A stretch of 32,000 bases of DNA from Candidatus Lokiarchaeum ossiferum (GCA_025839675.1 CP104013.1:2490001-2522000), one strand, 5' to 3'. Numbered from the stretch's first letter, positions 1 through 8,306 are shown. Translations and numbers: made by a program. Notes: a model not told the origin generated them from the letters alone.

Positions 1-1
1 A

Positions 2-502
2 CCAAGTATTTCAAAAAGTTCTCTCAGACAATATGATTGTTTAATCGTACCAAGTGGAGGACATTGGGAAGGATTATCAAGCTCATCAACAGTTCAAGAT
101 TTAATTCGCGCAGCAGATAATCGCGGATTAGTTCTTATGACAATTTGCATAGGTCAAGCAGTTTTAGCAAATGCGCATAATGTACTACGAGGGAAGGATG
201 TGGCACTATTTGGAGGCAGTTATGCAATGGTTACAGAAGCAGGCGCAGACACAGTCACAGAACGAGTAGTGACCGATGGACGCATTGTTACTGGAGGGGG
301 AGGAGGAGGACGGAACGGAGGAGGCTATACTCGAGCGCCAACCAATGAAACGTGTCTAGCAATGAGAGAGGCTATTTATAATTATAAATTAACCATGAAA
401 CGAATAACTATAGGTAGTGCAATTGGAATTCCAATTTTGCTATCTGGACTTGGATATTTCATTTATTTGATTAAGTCCAACAAAATTTCTTTGAAGAAAT
501 AA
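2..502 (+). CDS. DJ-1/PfpI-family (class I glutamine-amidotransferase-like) domain protein, 5'-truncated by the window edge, with C-terminal TM anchor
   Basis: The frame stays open from nt 2. Translation gives YDCLIVPSGG, a nucleophile-elbow-like LMTICIGQAVLA and VVTDGRIVTGGG, the typical DJ-1/PfpI order. A hydrophobic C-terminal helix (ITIGSAIGIPILLSGLGYFIYLI) follows. A T10 run lies just after the stop. Confidence 0.7.
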   Translation, partial: PSISKSSLRQYDCLIVPSGGHWEGLSSSSTVQDLIRAADNRGLVLMTICIGQAVLANAHNVLRGKDVALFGGSYAMVTEAGADTVTERVVTDGRIVTGGGGGGRNGGGYTRAPTNETCLAMREAIYNYKLTMKRITIGSAIGIPILLSGLGYFIYLIKSNKISLKK

Positions 503-507
503 CTGAA

Positions 508-526
508 TTTTTTTTTTATTGTTTTT
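508..526 (+). terminator. oligo-T tract (T10 then T5), archaeal-type terminator candidate
   Basis: tttttttttt att g ttttt begins 6 nt after the stop at 502. Confidence 0.45.
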
Positions 527-586
527 AAAACCAAAAATGGTAAATGGGTTTTCAATTTCTTATTATTAAGGATTCGAAAACGGAAT

Positions 587-1636
587 ATGTCGCGAGAATC
601 GAAAAAAAACCGCATTAATCATTTTGGAAAAATCATTAAGGATCCCGATTTCATCATCTTTCGCCCAAATAATCATTATCGAATTAATTCTAACGTGATC
701 TTAATCAAAACGGATGATGAAATGGCGTTATTGGAAAGTGGAAAAAAAGATAACCCCTCAATCCATAAATTAATTCATACTCTGAATAAAGAGCGAATAC
801 CATTAAAAACAGTTAAATATCTCTTGATTTCACACGCCCATCAAGATCATTATGCAAACATTCGCCAAGTTCAACAAAATTTTCACCATATCAACACTTA
901 TTGCCATGAAAAAGATGCCCGAGTAATTCGTCTTCCATTTTTGCTCCCAAAAACATGGAAGGAAGGATTGCACTACAACAACTGTAAAAAATCGACAATT
1001 AATCTATACGCTTTTTACTATTCAGTATTCAGTAATGTATATTTTCAAAGTATTCAATTTCCTAATCGAATCGATGGCACTTTTAAGCACGATATAAGAT
1101 TGAGGTTGGGAAATGAGAAAATAAATATTTTACACACTCCTGGACATACTGAAGGTCATATTTCAGTTTTAGATAGTAGAAAGAATCTCTATTTGGCAGA
1201 TTTTGTTCCAAATACCCCATGGATCGATCCCAATCCTTTTTCTCTTAATGCGATGATTCATTCAATTAAAAAAATAATATCTTTCGATTCTACCCAAATT
1301 CATCGAGCAATTCGAGGACATGGAGATATTCGGAGAGAACAACCAAATGAATGGGAAATTTCTAATTGGTGGGATGAAAAAGCCAGATTTAGAAAATTTT
1401 TAGAAACGATCAATTCTACCTTGGATTTAATCCCAACAAAACTTCAAGGAAAAAATATGAATGTGTATCAAATTACAAACTTATTTAATGAAAAATTTCA
1501 TCGATATAGCGCAATAATGCGTCGATTTTTTATCCCACCTGCAGTTACATGGGGTATAGCGTACACTTTGAAGCTTCACCAAGAAGGAAAAGTAAGTTTA
1601 GTAAAACAAAAGAGCAAATTTTTGTGGACTGCTTAA
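587..1636 (+). CDS. metallo-beta-lactamase-fold hydrolase
   Basis: HxHxDH motif (ISHAHQDHYAN), a downstream HTPGHTEGH, and later Asp/His residues (LADF, RGHGD), in the usual MBL order. Confidence 0.85.
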   Translation: MSRESKKNRINHFGKIIKDPDFIIFRPNNHYRINSNVILIKTDDEMALLESGKKDNPSIHKLIHTLNKERIPLKTVKYLLISHAHQDHYANIRQVQQNFHHINTYCHEKDARVIRLPFLLPKTWKEGLHYNNCKKSTINLYAFYYSVFSNVYFQSIQFPNRIDGTFKHDIRLRLGNEKINILHTPGHTEGHISVLDSRKNLYLADFVPNTPWIDPNPFSLNAMIHSIKKIISFDSTQIHRAIRGHGDIRREQPNEWEISNWWDEKARFRKFLETINSTLDLIPTKLQGKNMNVYQITNLFNEKFHRYSAIMRRFFIPPAVTWGIAYTLKLHQEGKVSLVKQKSKFLWTA

Positions 1637-1695
1637 ACGTTCGATATTATGAATGATTATGAAATGTTTATAAAATCAGATTCATTTAGGATATT

Positions 1696-2562
1696 ATGGA
1701 TTTTCGCACTTTAGATACTATATCTGTAGAACAAATTTTAGAAGCCCATAATGATGCTTTCTCAGAATATGAGGTTCCAATGGAATTTCCGATTGAAAGA
1801 TTTGAACAAATTAATAAATTGCGTGGTGTAAACTACAATTTATCAATTGGTGCTTTTGAGGATCAAAAACTTGTCGGGTTCATTCTTAATGGCGTTGGAG
1901 AATGGAATGGAGTTCTTACTGCATATGATTGTGGAACTGGAGTAATTCAAGGAAAACAAGGAAAAGGAATAGGAGGAGAGATGTTTAAACATTTAACACC
2001 TATCTTGATCCAAAATAAAGTACGTCAATATCTTTTGGAAGTTATGAAAGGCAATGAACCTGCAATTAGACTATACAAAGGTAAAGGATTTGAAGTGATT
2101 CGACATTTTGATTGTATTATTGCAGAAAAGGAAAAAATAAAATTCAACATCCCGGATTCAGACTTTTTAAAGAAATTAAATTTCTCAATTATAACAAATC
2201 CTGATTGGAAATTATTAAAAACTTTCTGGGATGTCACTCCTTCATGGCAAAATTCTATAGACTCAATAGAGAGACTTCCAAATAGTTTCAAAATTATGAC
2301 AGTTTCCCTTTCAACTGAAATTATTGGTTATGGAGTTATTGAACCCCGATCAGGTGGCATTCTTCAAATAGCAATAGCACCAACCCATCGGAAGAAGAAA
2401 GTTGGATCAAAATTATTACAGAAATTGATTGAACTTTCCCCCAACACTCCTCGAATCCATTTAATTAACCTCGATGAAAGTTCAAAATGCTCAAAATACT
2501 TCTTCACTCAAATGGGTTTTGAAAGTTTTTCCCCTCAATTTGAAATGTCACTTAATTTTTAA
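1696..2562 (+). CDS. GNAT-family N-acetyltransferase with two GNAT-like halves
   Basis: Acetyl-CoA pocket-like QGKGIGGEMFKHL ... AIRLYKGKGFEV in the N-half. A second RKKKVGSKLLQKL ... FFTQMGFE occurs in the C-half. Confidence 0.8.
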   Translation: MDFRTLDTISVEQILEAHNDAFSEYEVPMEFPIERFEQINKLRGVNYNLSIGAFEDQKLVGFILNGVGEWNGVLTAYDCGTGVIQGKQGKGIGGEMFKHLTPILIQNKVRQYLLEVMKGNEPAIRLYKGKGFEVIRHFDCIIAEKEKIKFNIPDSDFLKKLNFSIITNPDWKLLKTFWDVTPSWQNSIDSIERLPNSFKIMTVSLSTEIIGYGVIEPRSGGILQIAIAPTHRKKKVGSKLLQKLIELSPNTPRIHLINLDESSKCSKYFFTQMGFESFSPQFEMSLNF

Positions 2563-2577
2563 ACAAACCTCGATTTA

Positions 2578-2597
2578 TATTTTTTCATCTGTTTTTT
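2578..2597 (+). terminator. two oligo-T tracts (T6, T6) after the GNAT gene
   Basis: tatattttttcatctgtttttt starts about 15 nt after the stop at 2562. Confidence 0.4.
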
Positions 2598-2640
2598 AGA
2601 AAAAACTTCCGACTGAATAATACGAAATATATTTAGGATT

Positions 2641-2662
2641 TCAGATTAATACATTAATCTGA
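2641..2662. promoter_or_regulatory. 22-bp palindrome (10-bp perfect arms, 2-nt spacer), operator candidate upstream of the TPR gene
   Basis: tcagattaat-ac-attaatctga. It sits 28-49 nt upstream of the ATG at 2690 and just upstream of a GAGGAG Shine-Dalgarno-like run. Confidence 0.3.
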
Positions 2663-2689
2663 GAAGGGGAATTGAGGAGAAGGATCAAT

Positions 2690-4795
2690 ATGCTTTCTAA
2701 GAAAAAATTTTCTGATTTTATTGAAAAAGCTAAAAATTTGCATGAAACAGAACCCATTGATGAAGTAAAATTTCTTCAAGAAATTCTACAACAAAAGAGC
2801 CTTTCTCCTGAACAAAAAATCATTTGTAATTTACAACTTGCATACGGTTTTTTGGTATTATCTCGAGTAAAAGAATCTGATTTATTATATAGAAAGATGT
2901 TACAGGAAACTTTGACTATTAACAATAAAGAACTTTATGCTGATGCGTTAGAAGGTGTAGGAAATGTCTGTATAGATACAGGCCATTTAGATGAAGGAAA
3001 AAAAAAATTAAAAGAAGCAATTGGAATATACCAAAATCTGAAATTAGCTGAAAAAGAATCGAAAGCCTCCAACACTTTAGCTGTTTTATACTATCAAAAA
3101 AGTGAATATGAGAAAGCGATTCACTGGTACAATAGATCATTGGATTTAACGGAAAATAAAGAGTCAGCAAGATACGTTAATGCCTTAGGAAATTCTGGAT
3201 TAATTTACCATTCTCGTGGAGATATGGCCAAAGCAATTGAGGTCTACGAACAAGCCGTAGCAATTTCCAAAAAAAATGATTATTATTTTGCCAGAATGAT
3301 TTTTCAAGAGAATTTAGGGGATTCATATCGTGAAATGGGAAAGTTTGAAAAAGCTAAAGAAAATTTCGAAGAAGCCTTACACTTTGCCGTAGAGCATAAT
3401 GATGAAAAACACATTGGAACGATTTCAAGTGATTTCGCCAACTATTGGGTGGAACTTGGTCAATTTGAGACCGCTTTCACATATTTAAAATCAGCTTTAA
3501 AAAATCTTAAAAAAGTTAATTACCCTTTCGGTTTAATTGATGTTTATTACAGTTCAGCAAAATATTGGCTTGCTAAAGGCCAAATATTAGACTCAAAAAA
3601 AGATTTAGAAAAAGCATTAAAAATTACAAATGAAAATCAAGTATTGGAGTACAAATGTGATGTTTTAACGCTACTCGCAGAGATTCACGAATCTTTAGGA
3701 GATTTAAACAAATCATACGAATATTTGATGGAAGCAGATAATCTAGCCCGGGAGAGAGAATCAGAATTTGAACATGCCAATGTGTTGCTTCAACGGGCCC
3801 GAATCAATATTAATCACAATAATTTCAATGAAGCTATCATGTTTTTAAATGAAGTTTTATGGATTTCAAAGAAAACTCAAGATATATGCATGATTTCTGA
3901 TGCAAGCTTGTTATTTGCTCAAATTTATTTAACGCAATACCACCAAAACAATAAAAAATACGTTTTTTTTGAGAAAGCAAATGATTATTTAAAACAAACT
4001 TTAAAAATGACAAAGGAAAAACAATTGCTCCCAAGATATTTGAAAGCTCTTGTAATTGAAGGTGTATTATTATCATCTCAAAATCAACATGATCAAGCAA
4101 ATCAATCTTTACGTAAAGCCAAAGAAATTGCTGAAAAGATTGGTATGCACACAAAAATGCGTGAAATTCAAGAACGACTTTCCTTCATTGAACAAAGTTC
4201 AGCATATCCAAAAATTTCACCTCAACAACAAAGATTTACGTTATCCATAGCATTAGAAGATCTAAGGAAAGTGACTTCCTCATTCATTAAAAATATTTTA
4301 ACCAAGAAAGATGTAGAAGAAACCTTTATTGTTACTTATAAAATTCATGAAAAAACGGGAACAATGATTAACGCGGTAGATAATTTAGATATTAATGATC
4401 CTCAGTGGTATAACATTGTAATGCAAATGGGGTTGCTGTATACGATTAACTTTGGCCAAGGGCATAAGTACCACAAAGGTTTTTTTGGTCCATTTCCATT
4501 TGGAGAAACATTTCTCCGGGCAATTGTTTATACAACCCAGTTAAAAGATACAACTCAAATATCTGAGAGAAATGAGGGAAATATATTCGTCATAATTTGC
4601 TATGTCTTTCCAAAAAGAATGAGCCCTCTTTTATATGATCGTGATAAATTGGAAACCATTTTTTTTAAAGAGTTTGAAAGCGTGAATGACGTCTCCCAGT
4701 TAGGTGCGATTTTTTTAAAAAAAGCACGTTTCAATATTTTTGAAAGTTTAACTCAAGATTTAAAGGAATCTATTGAAGATCATCAAAAATTCTAA
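2690..4795 (+). CDS. large TPR-repeat protein with an unassigned ~190-aa C-terminal alpha/beta domain
   Basis: Many 34-aa TPR-like units (e.g. AIHWYNRSLDL, AIEVYEQAVAISKK, AKENFEEALHFA, YEYLMEADNLA). The track ORF starts at a TTG (2672). ATG 2690 is preceded by gaggagaagga and is preferred. The C-terminal part (from about 4214) is non-TPR. Confidence 0.8.
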   Translation: MLSKKKFSDFIEKAKNLHETEPIDEVKFLQEILQQKSLSPEQKIICNLQLAYGFLVLSRVKESDLLYRKMLQETLTINNKELYADALEGVGNVCIDTGHLDEGKKKLKEAIGIYQNLKLAEKESKASNTLAVLYYQKSEYEKAIHWYNRSLDLTENKESARYVNALGNSGLIYHSRGDMAKAIEVYEQAVAISKKNDYYFARMIFQENLGDSYREMGKFEKAKENFEEALHFAVEHNDEKHIGTISSDFANYWVELGQFETAFTYLKSALKNLKKVNYPFGLIDVYYSSAKYWLAKGQILDSKKDLEKALKITNENQVLEYKCDVLTLLAEIHESLGDLNKSYEYLMEADNLARERESEFEHANVLLQRARININHNNFNEAIMFLNEVLWISKKTQDICMISDASLLFAQIYLTQYHQNNKKYVFFEKANDYLKQTLKMTKEKQLLPRYLKALVIEGVLLSSQNQHDQANQSLRKAKEIAEKIGMHTKMREIQERLSFIEQSSAYPKISPQQQRFTLSIALEDLRKVTSSFIKNILTKKDVEETFIVTYKIHEKTGTMINAVDNLDINDPQWYNIVMQMGLLYTINFGQGHKYHKGFFGPFPFGETFLRAIVYTTQLKDTTQISERNEGNIFVIICYVFPKRMSPLLYDRDKLETIFFKEFESVNDVSQLGAIFLKKARFNIFESLTQDLKESIEDHQKF

Positions 4796-4922
4796 AAAAT
4801 TAAGAAGTTCATTATTATTAGTTTAGGATTCTTTTTCGATTTGCATATATTCAAATTTGTATTTTATTTACAGATATATAATATAGTATGATTTTGAGGA
4901 ATATTAAGGAGATTATTAAATA

Positions 4923-5330
4923 ATGATGGCCCCTTGCCCCCAATGTGAAAAAAATATTAACAAAAAATTGAACATCTGCCCTTTTTGTGAATTTGTAATT
5001 AGAAAGGAAAAAAATGCATTGCTTCCACTAATTTTCTCAATTTTTGGAGCAAGTATAGCAACTATTGCATTTTTTGGAGAAATGCTGAGTTTAAATAATT
5101 ATGTAGCGATAACACTTGTTATATTAGGAAATGTTATGACTTTTTCATTTTATCGGCCAAAATTTAAAATTCCACATTTAGCATGCATTATTTGTAGTGG
5201 TATTTGTATGATCTATATGATAATTAATATGGAAATGTACTTCTTCTTGACGCTTTTTCTATTTTACGCTTTTATTGGAGTATGGTCTAATTTGAAAAGG
5301 AAAAATCTTGCAAAATACGCAAAACATTAA
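4923..5330 (+). CDS. small membrane protein with N-terminal zinc ribbon (CxxC-x10-CxxC) and about 3 TM helices
   Basis: CPQCEKNINKKLNICPFCEF is followed by hydrophobic helices. AAGGAG lies about 12 nt upstream of the ATG. Oligo-T tracts follow the stop. Confidence 0.65.
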   Translation: MMAPCPQCEKNINKKLNICPFCEFVIRKEKNALLPLIFSIFGASIATIAFFGEMLSLNNYVAITLVILGNVMTFSFYRPKFKIPHLACIICSGICMIYMIINMEMYFFLTLFLFYAFIGVWSNLKRKNLAKYAKH

Positions 5331-5344
5331 GAAAGTTATGCGCC

Positions 5345-5369
5345 TTTTATTCTTTTTTTTATTCTTTTT
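5345..5369 (+). terminator. oligo-T tracts (T4, T8, T5)
   Basis: ccttttattcttttttttattcttttt starts 15 nt after the stop at 5330. Confidence 0.45.
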
Positions 5370-5707
5370 GACCCAAAACTAGTCTTCACCAGAAATCAAC
5401 ACATATTTGGATTTTTAACTCATTTCACAAGTTTTTGAATAGGTTTAAAATAATATTTAAATGAAGTTTCTAAGGTATCTAAAAAATAAATGAAATACCA
5501 CAATTTTCTAATTTAGTGTGAATACTACATTCAAGACTTATTAATTCATAAAATATTTTATAATTCATATTCAAATAATTCTAAGATATATTATATCTTT
5601 TTCAAGATTATTATAAATGATAAACACATTTACATGCCACTAATCGAGTCTTAGCCCAATTTTATAATTTCAAAATATTTTTATAGACTGATAACTAAGT
5701 ATTAACT

Positions 5708-5875
5708 ATGTTTCCACAAATTCTTACCATGTATGAACATGCGTGTTTTGAAGCTTTTTCAAATAAAAAAGAAGAATTGGAAGAAGATTGCTTGAAATTT
5801 GAAAAAAAACCTACTGATTCTAAGTTTTCACCCCACATTCATACTTTCAAAACTCAAGTTCAATATCTAACTTAG
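5708..5875 (+). CDS. hypothetical 55-aa protein (below the ORF-track cut-off)
   Basis: Hand translation: MFPQILTMYEHACFEAFSNKKEELEEDCLKFEKKPTDSKFSPHIHTFKTQVQYLT. A TATA-like tttttata lies about 25-30 nt upstream of the ATG, which would fit a leaderless mRNA. No homology recognised. Confidence 0.25.
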   Translation: MFPQILTMYEHACFEAFSNKKEELEEDCLKFEKKPTDSKFSPHIHTFKTQVQYLT

Positions 5876-5951
5876 ACCCATTTATTGATAATGGCCGGTT
5901 CAACAATAAAAACGATAAAAAAGACAAAACAATTACTTCACGAATTCAAAC

Positions 5952-6374
5952 TTAGGAATCCGAAATAATTGAGATGACTAAATGTATAATCCCCATTATT
6001 ATATAACCCAATATTTCAATGAGATCCCGCACCAAAAAAATTTCCCAAAAACTAACATTTCCACTTCTAAGAATTCCGGCAATTGCTGAAAGAATTATAA
6101 GCCCCAAAAGAGATAAACCGATGATATACAAATACCGAATATCATTCGTAAAGCCTAAAGTAATTAGAAATCCGATTCCCAATATAATAATGATGGCAAA
6201 TAAATTTTTAGTTGGCCCATTTACATCTTTAACCATTGCGGGCTCTTGATAGCTTTCTTCTGAACCCCCAGATGCATATTCCCCAATTTCTTCTTGAGAA
6301 CCTCCTTCATTAGTCGAACTCTGTGTTAAATGTGGTTCTACAAATCTTTGAGAGTCAGTGGACCATTTTTCCAT
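5952..6374 (-). CDS. hypothetical membrane protein (acidic N-terminal tail plus about 3 TM helices)
   Basis: 140-aa ORF with a disordered acidic N-terminus followed by clear hydrophobic helices. No motif recognised. Confidence 0.6.
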   Translation of the reverse strand: MEKWSTDSQRFVEPHLTQSSTNEGGSQEEIGEYASGGSEESYQEPAMVKDVNGPTKNLFAIIIILGIGFLITLGFTNDIRYLYIIGLSLLGLIILSAIAGILRSGNVSFWEIFLVRDLIEILGYIIMGIIHLVISIISDS

Positions 6375-6515
6375 AATTACATATTCGTCCAGTCATTTAT
6401 AAGTATTGTGCAAGCAATAAGCCCTAAAACATATGGTACCATGAGTTGCCTTGAGATACTCTAGGGGGAGAAATAGATAGGTGAATTGTATAAAGATACA
6501 TGTCGAACGGAAAAA

Positions 6516-7763
6516 ATGAATTTTGGAGATAAACTCAATCGCTCCATATTTACATCAGGTTTTGATAATAAAATGCCACCTAATAAACACTTCATAACGT
6601 TTAAATTAAAAATAAAACAGATTAAGGTACCTCTACTTATCTGTTTCCTATTCTTTTTAATGGGTTTAATCTATTTTGCGATTACTGAATCGTCAACAGA
6701 TATCAATACTCTATTACTCCTAATTTTTGGTATTATAGATCCTCAAACACCCTCAATGTTTTCGCAAATCTACACTATGCTATGGACCATAGTTATATCT
6801 CAAGTTATTATTGCCCTCATCCTAAGCAGTCTCATGGAAAAATATAATCCAATCACCACATGTCAAATTTATGCCCAAATTCAAAAAGATCATACTGTGA
6901 TTATTAGTTATAATCATCTTGGAGAACGGATCTATCAAAATTTAAAATTTGCAGGAGAAGCATACTCCATCATTGACCAAAACACCGAAAATGTTGATGA
7001 ATTAGTAAATAGTGGAGAACCAGTTGTAATTGGGGATCCTACTGAAAAAAACAACTTAATTCAAACAGGAATACTAAATTGTAAGAAAGCAATCATTTTA
7101 TCTAACGATACAAGAGAAACCATTACGATAGCTTATCGAATAAGGAAGCTAAACCCCGATTGCGAAATATTTGCTCGAGTTTTTGAAAAAAAACTAGCAC
7201 AATTCCTACAACGTGCACCGGTAAAAGCAACTATCTTTTCAACATCGGATTGGACGATCCAGGATATTGATCGATGGTCCAAATCAATCTATGGAACAGC
7301 ACTTGTTATTGGAAATAATCATATGGGGCAAAAAATTGCAGAACTTATAGGTAATCGCCCAAAGCGTCAAGTTATTATGGTTGATCATTTTAAAGATGAA
7401 AAATATCCTAACAGGAAGGAACAATCGCAAATTTCAACTTTGAATACAGCCGATTGTACTCTGGAGTATCTCGAGAATAGTGTAGAATTACGAAAAGTAA
7501 CCCAATGTTTTATTTGTTGGAATAATGAAGAAAAATTTACACGATCTTTAATCCTTTTGACAAATCTGGTTCAAAATTATGGATTTATAAAAGTTTATGT
7601 CAGAATTTTTGATAAGGAATTGTTTTCTTTGGTGAAAGAATTGGGAGGCATCCCGTTTTCAACATCACTGAACGCTGCTAATCATTTGAAAATATTAATG
7701 GAGAAAAAACACACCAAATCCGCATTTTTGAGGATCAATTCTTCAGAAATTCGATACTCATAA
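6516..7763 (+). CDS. membrane protein with two TrkA-N/RCK-like NAD-binding-fold domains (K+ channel-related, non-canonical pore)
   Basis: Two Rossmann-like RCK units: VIISYNHLGERIYQNL...IIDQN...VVIGDPTEKNNL...AIILSNDT and ALVIGNNHMGQKIAELI...VIMVDH. About 3 N-terminal TM segments. The track start 6486 is TTG, so ATG 6516 (MNFGDKL) is preferred. Confidence 0.75.
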   Translation: MNFGDKLNRSIFTSGFDNKMPPNKHFITFKLKIKQIKVPLLICFLFFLMGLIYFAITESSTDINTLLLLIFGIIDPQTPSMFSQIYTMLWTIVISQVIIALILSSLMEKYNPITTCQIYAQIQKDHTVIISYNHLGERIYQNLKFAGEAYSIIDQNTENVDELVNSGEPVVIGDPTEKNNLIQTGILNCKKAIILSNDTRETITIAYRIRKLNPDCEIFARVFEKKLAQFLQRAPVKATIFSTSDWTIQDIDRWSKSIYGTALVIGNNHMGQKIAELIGNRPKRQVIMVDHFKDEKYPNRKEQSQISTLNTADCTLEYLENSVELRKVTQCFICWNNEEKFTRSLILLTNLVQNYGFIKVYVRIFDKELFSLVKELGGIPFSTSLNAANHLKILMEKKHTKSAFLRINSSEIRYS

Positions 7764-7872
7764 TAAACTACAAAATACTCGCAATCCAATCTTCAAGGTA
7801 ATTTTGCATTTTAAATACAAAATTGTGACTATAGAATAAAAAAGCACAATATCTTTATACTTTTTTTGGTAA

Positions 7873-7888
7873 GCGGATAATTTTTCTA
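7873..7888. repeat. 16-nt direct repeat, copy 1 (gcggataatttttcta)
   Basis: Identical 16-mer recurs at 7915-7930, 42 nt start to start. Each copy is followed by a TATA-like A/T box. Confidence 0.6.
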
Positions 7889-7914
7889 GTATATCTGTTT
7901 ACTTCATGCTACTG

Positions 7915-7930
7915 GCGGATAATTTTTCTA
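7915..7930. repeat. 16-nt direct repeat, copy 2 (gcggataatttttcta)
   Basis: Exact match to 7873-7888. Confidence 0.6.
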
Positions 7931-8079
7931 AAATACTTATATATGGGCCAACCTATATTTGTAATAGAGCAATCCTAAATTGGAAAGGCTCAAAATTATT
8001 CATAATTCCTAAAAACCAGGAGAGTGATATTAAGGTTTACAAAACCATTCAAAAAGACAAAATTATCCCAGAAGAGGTC

Positions 8080-8193
8080 CCGCATGAACAGCAAACCAAA
8101 CCGGTTTGTAAAAGATAAACCCCTTAAAGGGGCGAAATCAAGGTGAAACTCCAAAGAGTTCACCATCCAAAAAGACAAAATAAATTCATGCGG
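8080..8193. ncRNA. candidate structured RNA (closing 9-bp stem plus three internal hairpins); strand and reality unverified
   Basis: ccgcatgaa (8080-8088) is the exact reverse complement of ttcatgcgg (8185-8193). Internal hairpins: caaacc/ggtttg (8092-8108), cccc/gggg (8120-8132), ggtgaa/ttcacc (8142-8164). GC is locally raised, and open frames on both strands here look like a by-product of that. Confidence 0.2.
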
Positions 8194-8306
8194 TGACCGA
8201 TTACAACGTGACAATCCACATTAATAAATTCTTAGATGTCACTTCTTTTTTATTCAATTACCTATCTAATTGATTAAAATATTTCGAGATGTTTATTTGA
8301 ATTCCA

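Noticed and set aside
2025-4250. Track ORFs 2025-2291(-), 2919-3170(-), 3837-4154(-) and 4056-4250(+), all inside the GNAT and TPR genes
   Set aside because: They are antisense or out of frame, fully nested in much longer motif-bearing genes, with low-complexity translations. They are typical shadow ORFs.
8080-8193. SAM-I (S-box) riboswitch, suggested by the four-way junction upstream of a methionine/cysteine-pathway enzyme
   Set aside because: I could find none of the conserved S-box junction or kink-turn sequence features, and such riboswitches are essentially bacterial. Only the generic topology matches.
7906-8214. Two mutually overlapping ~70-aa ORFs on opposite strands (7906-8118 +, 7996-8214 -)
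   Set aside because: They cannot both be real and neither has a recognisable motif. The stretch carries inverted and direct repeats, which fit a noncoding element or a scrambled duplication better. It is kept as a finding, not as CDS.
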